DNA of 64,000 nt from Octopus vulgaris (Eukaryota), in contig OX597833.1 of NCBI GenBank assembly GCA_951406725.2, positions 27,094,001 to 27,158,000 on the forward strand, written 5' to 3'. This document shows, in pieces, positions 58,560 through 64,000 of the stretch. The notes beneath the pieces are model-generated. The model did not search any database. It was not told where the DNA came from and worked only from the letters and a program-made list of their open reading frames with translations. Position 1 is the first letter of the stretch. Each line of letters opens with the position of its first letter. A program made the translations under genes and the position numbers.

Positions 58560-59030
58560 TAGTAAGGCCCTCGGTTGTAATTGTAGAGTTAAATCCTACG
58601 GTCCGTTATTAGATCGATGTTTAATCCAAAACGTAATTTATAAATATGTAATTGTAACTGAGGCTGGTAACTTTATAAATATAGGAGGTTCGATAAATAT
58701 GAAAAAAACGTATCAATAAGCATTTTTTATCTTTTAGATTCAAGCATAAAGCCAATAGTACGTCCTTATCAAGCAATATTTGGGAACTGGAAGAAATCGG
58801 GATCTGGTTTAGCCTTAAATGGGATATACTACGGAGAGCGCAGCCTTGTAGAGATAGTCGCCACGTTTGTTAACTCTGCTCTAAGGAAACGTATGAGATT
58901 TTTAAGTATAGGGACAAGACCAGCCTGATTAATAACAGACTAGACCTAAGGGAATCATGCATGCATAGCGTCACTCGTGCGTTTAAGTATTTCGAAACTA
59001 ACAAGTTGCCATACTTGAACTTTGATGGTG
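58560..59030 (+). pseudogene. Neptune-type Penelope-like GIY-YIG endonuclease relic
   Basis: CNCRVK..GPLLDRCLIQNVIYK...INIG, then STSLSSNIWEL...LKWDILRRAQP...LC.KE...NNR....CMH, with stops and frameshifts. Confidence 0.7.
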
Positions 59031-59135
59031 GGAATTAATTATTGGTGTAGTATCCGTTGTAAACTTACCTTCTAGTATTAAATATAATAAAATCATGGGA
59101 TATTATGTTATATGGGGAATTATATTGTAATGTAT

Positions 59136-59342
59136 ATTTAATATCTAATAATATAGAAAATTACGATAATTAGATCATTACAAAACCTCGCTAAGATAAG
59201 TATTTATTTATATTTAAGATCTTTAAATTGTAAATTTTAATATTTTATAAGTCTTTGGTGTAATAATATTTTCCTTATGTAAATATTGTTGTTTATGTAA
59301 TGATCTAATTATCGTAATTTTCTATATTATTAGATATTAAAT
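59136..59342. repeat. 47-bp perfect inverted repeat
   Basis: 59136-59182 versus 59296-59342. Confidence 0.9.
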
Positions 59343-60126
59343 TAAAGTTTATTCGTAAGATACTACTTAGCGATAAATTTATATTTGATAGCAAATATAC
59401 GAGGTGTCTAAAGTTAGGCTTTTGTATATACATGTATTAATAGTATTAATTGTAGTTTTAAATTTCTTATAATTAAAATTAAATAAACTTTGATAAACTT
59501 AGATATGTTTCGACTAAAGATTGGTCCAGGCCATGTCTAACTTACTAGCATAACTTAGTTATTGTCTTTTAAAATTGATATTCGCTAGTTATTCCCATTG
59601 ATAATTATATTTATAGTATTTATAGTATTTATTCGATACTATATAACTACAAATTGATTATTTCTATAAGTATTTTACATAAGATTTCTGAAAGTTCGTT
59701 TAAGTTTGTTTGTTTGTATTTTTGAAATTAGCTATTTCATCTTTAAATATGAAAAATTAATTTATTAGGTTTTTATTATATGTGCATATATATTTATTTA
59801 TAGAGATTATTTTAGATCTTAATTATAATATTTATATACATTTATATATTTTCATTGATAATTTATATATAATAGTTTTTTGGTTTTTTTTAAATATTTA
59901 TGTAATTAGATATAGACTATTACCGATATTAAATTATTGGTGGGTTTCCTACCTTATAAGTTAAAATTAATATTTGACATTATAATTGATTTTGATATAA
60001 TCATAATTATTAAGTTTTAAGTTTATAGTTTGATAATAGAGTTTATTATAAGTAAAATTATTCTATTATTTATATCTTTAAAATATTGTTTAAATATTTC
60101 TGATTATTTTTTAAATATTTCAATTA

Positions 60127-60217
60127 ACCTGAAGATTGACTGTAACCATAACTCGAATTATTAATTGAATTTAAATTATTGTTATTCGAATTGGTACAGC
60201 CATGAAACGATCGTAGT
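60127..60217 (+). ncRNA. Hammerhead-like motif with long helix II
   Basis: CTGAAGA-[TGACTGTAACCA...TGGTACAGCCA]-GAAA-CGATCG-TA; palindrome ACGATCGT; helix I weak. Confidence 0.55.
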
Positions 60218-60576
60218 GTTTTACTCTTTATCTTTTATTAAACTTTTAATACTTTTGATATTTAAAAAATAAATAAATAAATAAATAAATAAAAGATAAA
60301 AAATAAAAATTACTAAAATAATATATAAATATAAAAATATACATACATATATATATATATTTGTATATATATATAAAATTTATAAGTTTAAATTATTTAA
60401 ATAATTTTTTATTTTTAACTTTTATATTTTAAATTAATTTTATGTATTGGATTATGTTTTTCACTGTTTGATTTGCCTAATAGTGGTTTTATCTCTAATT
60501 TAATATAATATAATATATTTATACTATTGGATTTAATCCTAAATCTCATTTTTCCCTGTGAGTTGGGATTTATTCC

Positions 60577-60625
<49 letters not shown>

Positions 60626-61132
60626 AAAAAAGAAGTTTGAAAATGCCACTATATTAGATAAATGTTAATTTTACATGTTTCGGTTCTTGAAATAACGAAA
60701 CTTATCAAAAAAAAATTTTTTATAATAAAGAGTATAATGGAACAGTTCATAATTATTACATACATTCAATAGAGTCCATGCTATATACATAAAGAGTATA
60801 ATGGAACAGTTCATAATTGTTACATACATTCAATAGAGTCCATGCTATATACATTCAATAGAATCCATGTTCTTGAAAAGGCGAAAAATATAAGTGTAGT
60901 GCAGGAGTTCATTATAGATTTTACCTTGTGTTCCAATGGGAGCAACAGTAGTAATTCTTGGTCGTCGACTGTTAGCGTAATTTTGGTAAACTTGTGATCG
61001 TTGGGTTTATATCAGTTAAGCTGTGGCTGTGAAAGCAGTAGAAGCCGTGGTCTCTGGTACTGTTCACTGACGTCATATAATTCCAAACCAATCAAAGCCA
61101 AGCTTCAACGAATATAAGGAAAATACCTCCAA

Positions 61133-61533
61133 CTGTATCCTGTTTAGGAAACCAGCCAAGCAGAACGACAAGTTTGACCACGGAAGAAAAACGTCATCAA
61201 TTTTTTAGCGAATCAAAATCAGATCTGACCCATAATTGTATCCTGTTAGGTGGCTAACCTTGCAGAACGGCTAGTTTGACCACGGAAGAAAAACGTCATC
61301 AATTTTTTAGCGAATCAAAATCAGATCTGACCCATAATTGTATCCTGTTAGGTGGCTAACCTCGCAGAACGGCTAGTTTGACCACGGAAGAAAAACGTCA
61401 TCAATTTTTTAACGAATCAGAATCAGACCTGACCCATAACTGTATCTTGTAAGGAAACCAATTAAGCATGGCAACAAGCTTGACCACTGAGGTGAAACGT
61501 CATCAATTTTTTGACTAATCAAAATCAGATCTG
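61133..61533. repeat. 102-bp tandem repeat x4 in the PLE 3' region
   Basis: TTGACCAC recurs with the G at 61176, 61278, 61380 and 61482. Confidence 0.9.
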
Positions 61534-63434
61534 CTCGCAGAGAAAAAAATCTTTTTATAAATTTTTCCTTCCCTAAGACATACCACTGCCAGCGGGAGTG
61601 ACTGTTTAAGGATCTGAGAAATTGTAATTGCCCCCACCTCCACTATTTTAATTCTCTCACTGTGGCCGTAGTAACAGTGACCACAGTGGTTGTAGTAGTG
61701 GTAGTGCTAGTGGGAGCAGTCGTAGTGGTTGTGGTAGAGTTTCGTTTTTTCTTTTTCGGAAGACCAATGTTTTGTTTTAATATTCCTGGCCCAGGGTGTT
61801 CAAACTTGGTCTAAATTTTTTGATGAAATAAAGTTCTTTATTTTGGCGTTGCGTGAAGGTTACGTTGTCACTGAATTTGTAAAGTGGGTAAGTTGTAAAT
61901 TTCGGATTTTAATTTGCAGCACATATATCTATGTGCCCGCTTACCGGTATTTTCCGCTATTCAGGGTTTCTAATTTGTGATTTATGCACCGCCATCCTGC
62001 TACGTAAGCTATTTTTTGTATGGCCTATATATTGCCTATTGCAGCCTGCGCATGTTAAGACGTAAATTAAGTTTTCTGATGCACAGGTGAAGTTTGTTTT
62101 AATGGTGAACTGATGGCCTTGTTCTAGTATGAATTCTGAACCTTCTACCAAGATGACACAGATTCCGCAGTTGGGCCTTCCACATTTTCTAACTGCTGGT
62201 TTTGTGGTTGATGTTGAGTGCAGTTTAGCTTGGGTTAAAATCCTTTTCAAGGATTTTGGTTGCCGTTTACTTTTAATGATGGTGTGTGTTTCGAGGATCC
62301 GGTTCATCTTTGGTCTCCCTTTAGTAGGGCTATGCTTTGTAGTATGGTGCTGAAGGCCTCATTGTTAAGTGGGTTGTGTGTAGAGATGTAGGGAAGGGAT
62401 TTTAATTGTTCTTTCTTTTTTGGTTTTGTTTGTCTCAGGTCTTCTATACTTAATTTAAGTGCCCGTTGGATTGCACTGTCTATTAGGGGCTGTGGATAGT
62501 TTCTATTTGTGAGTGTGGTTCTAAGTTCCTGGAGACGTGTGTGTCGGGTGTTTATGTCTGATATTATGATGCAAATCCTTCTAGCTAGACAAAAAGGGAC
62601 ATTTATTCTAGTGTGTCGTGGGTGGCATGAATCAAAGGGTAGGTACTGTTTGGAGTCTGTCGGTTTATAATAGATATCTGTCTCTATTTTGTTGCCGGTT
62701 TTCTTAATGAGGATGTCTAAAAATGGTAATTCTTCTTCGTTATGATCCTTCGTGAATTGTATATTATCATTTATTCCATTTAATAGTATTTTAAATTCCT
62801 CAAGTTTCTCTATACTTTTATCCCAGATGATAAAACAGTCGTCGAGGTATCTTTTCCAGTTGTTCTGGAGGTGGAGAAGGTGTTTCCATATTTCTCGAGT
62901 GTTATCTGGTAGAGTATTTTCTCGAGGTATCCCATCACTAGGTTGGCAAAAGAAGGCGCAGTACGCGTGCCAATCGCTGTCCCCGATCTTTGTCTGTAGA
63001 AATTATTGTCAAAAATAAAGTAATTGTTTTCTAAAATAAATCTAAGTCCTTCTATTATAAGATCTTTGTTTATGCGAGTTGGGAGTTCAAAGGAGTAGTT
63101 ATTCAGCCAGAAGGTGATCGCTGAATAACTTATATGACGTCAGTGAACAGTGCCAGAGACCACGGCTACTACTGCTTTCACAGCCACAGCTTAACTGATA
63201 TAAACCCAACGATCACAAGTTTACCAAAATTACGCTAACAGTCGACGACCAAGAATTACTATTGTTGCTCCCATTGGAACACAAGGTAAAATCTATAATG
63301 AACTCCTGCACTACACTTATATTTTTCGCCTTTTCAAGAACATGGATTCTATTGAATGTATATAGCATGGACTCTATTGAATGTATGTAACAATTATGAA
63401 CTGTTCCATTATACTCTTTATTATAAAAATTTTT

Positions 63435-63477
63435 TTTTTGATAAGGTTCGTTATTTCAAGAACCGAAACATATAAAA
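63435..63477 (+). ncRNA. Hammerhead, U3-A8 variant, in inverted pLTR (mirror at 60669-60710 on -)
   Basis: TTGATAA-GGTTC(..)GAACC-GAAA-CATA-TA; the mirror copy restores palindrome ACATGT; helix I only A-U pairs. Confidence 0.6.
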
Positions 63478-63557
63478 TTAAAATTTATCTAATATAGTGG
63501 CATTTTCAAACTTCTTTTTTACAAATATATACCCACTCGTATACGATCCACTCTTAT

Positions 63558-63606
<49 letters not shown>

Positions 63607-64000
63607 GTATGCATATATGTATGTATGTATGCATATATGTATGTATGTATGCATATATGTATGCATGTATATGGATGAATATATATGTCCATCCTTCCAT
63701 TCTATCTTCTCTGTCCACTTGTCAGAGGAAATATGACAAGTGGACGAAGAAGATAGAATGGATCCTTCAAAGGATCCTATCGGAAGAATTTTCTATCATC
63801 TCATTCTTGGTCTCCTCCTAGGTCTCTCTATGGGTTAGCTCAGTTTAAGGACTCCGTATACGATTCTTCGTTGCGACATACTACTCTCTCCGTAAGAAAG
63901 CCACTTACAGAGCTGTGACCTGTCAATTCGTAGGGGTAAATAGCTCGATATAGAGGGAATACATTTCGGTCATTACCAAAAACTCATGATACTAGGTGAG

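Larger units (their letters stand above)
60621..63525 (-). mobile_element. Penelope-like element with inverted terminal repeats (pLTRs)
   Basis: Minus-strand RT (WKRYLDD, LPFLD) and GIY-YIG (ENLIYVLTC..C..QYIGHT) with frameshifts; arms 60621-61080 and 63130-63525; in (TA)n. Confidence 0.9.

Overview
AT-rich, microsatellite-saturated eukaryotic DNA with no supportable host gene. The SINE families and (TA)n/(GATA)n/(TAA)n density suggest a coleoid cephalopod such as Octopus (inference). The real coding content is all transposon-derived. It comprises a near full-length, frameshifted L1/Tx1-clade LINE with a 16-bp TSD nested in a Helitron-like element, two Penelope-like (RT + GIY-YIG) elements plus a Neptune-type GIY-YIG relic, a Helitron with a PIF1 fragment, R4/Dong, RTE, CR1-group and mariner fragments, and many tRNA-derived SINEs. 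Most ORFs in the track are microsatellite artefacts. The striking signal is more than a dozen hammerhead-ribozyme (HHR)-like motifs with palindromic helix III. Their catalytic 3-8 tertiary pair covaries (C-G, U-A, G-C). Two of them lie in ~363-nt circularly permuted units that share a covarying secondary structure and look like a retrozyme/viroid-like circular RNA family. All structures were read by eye; no folding or database search was run.
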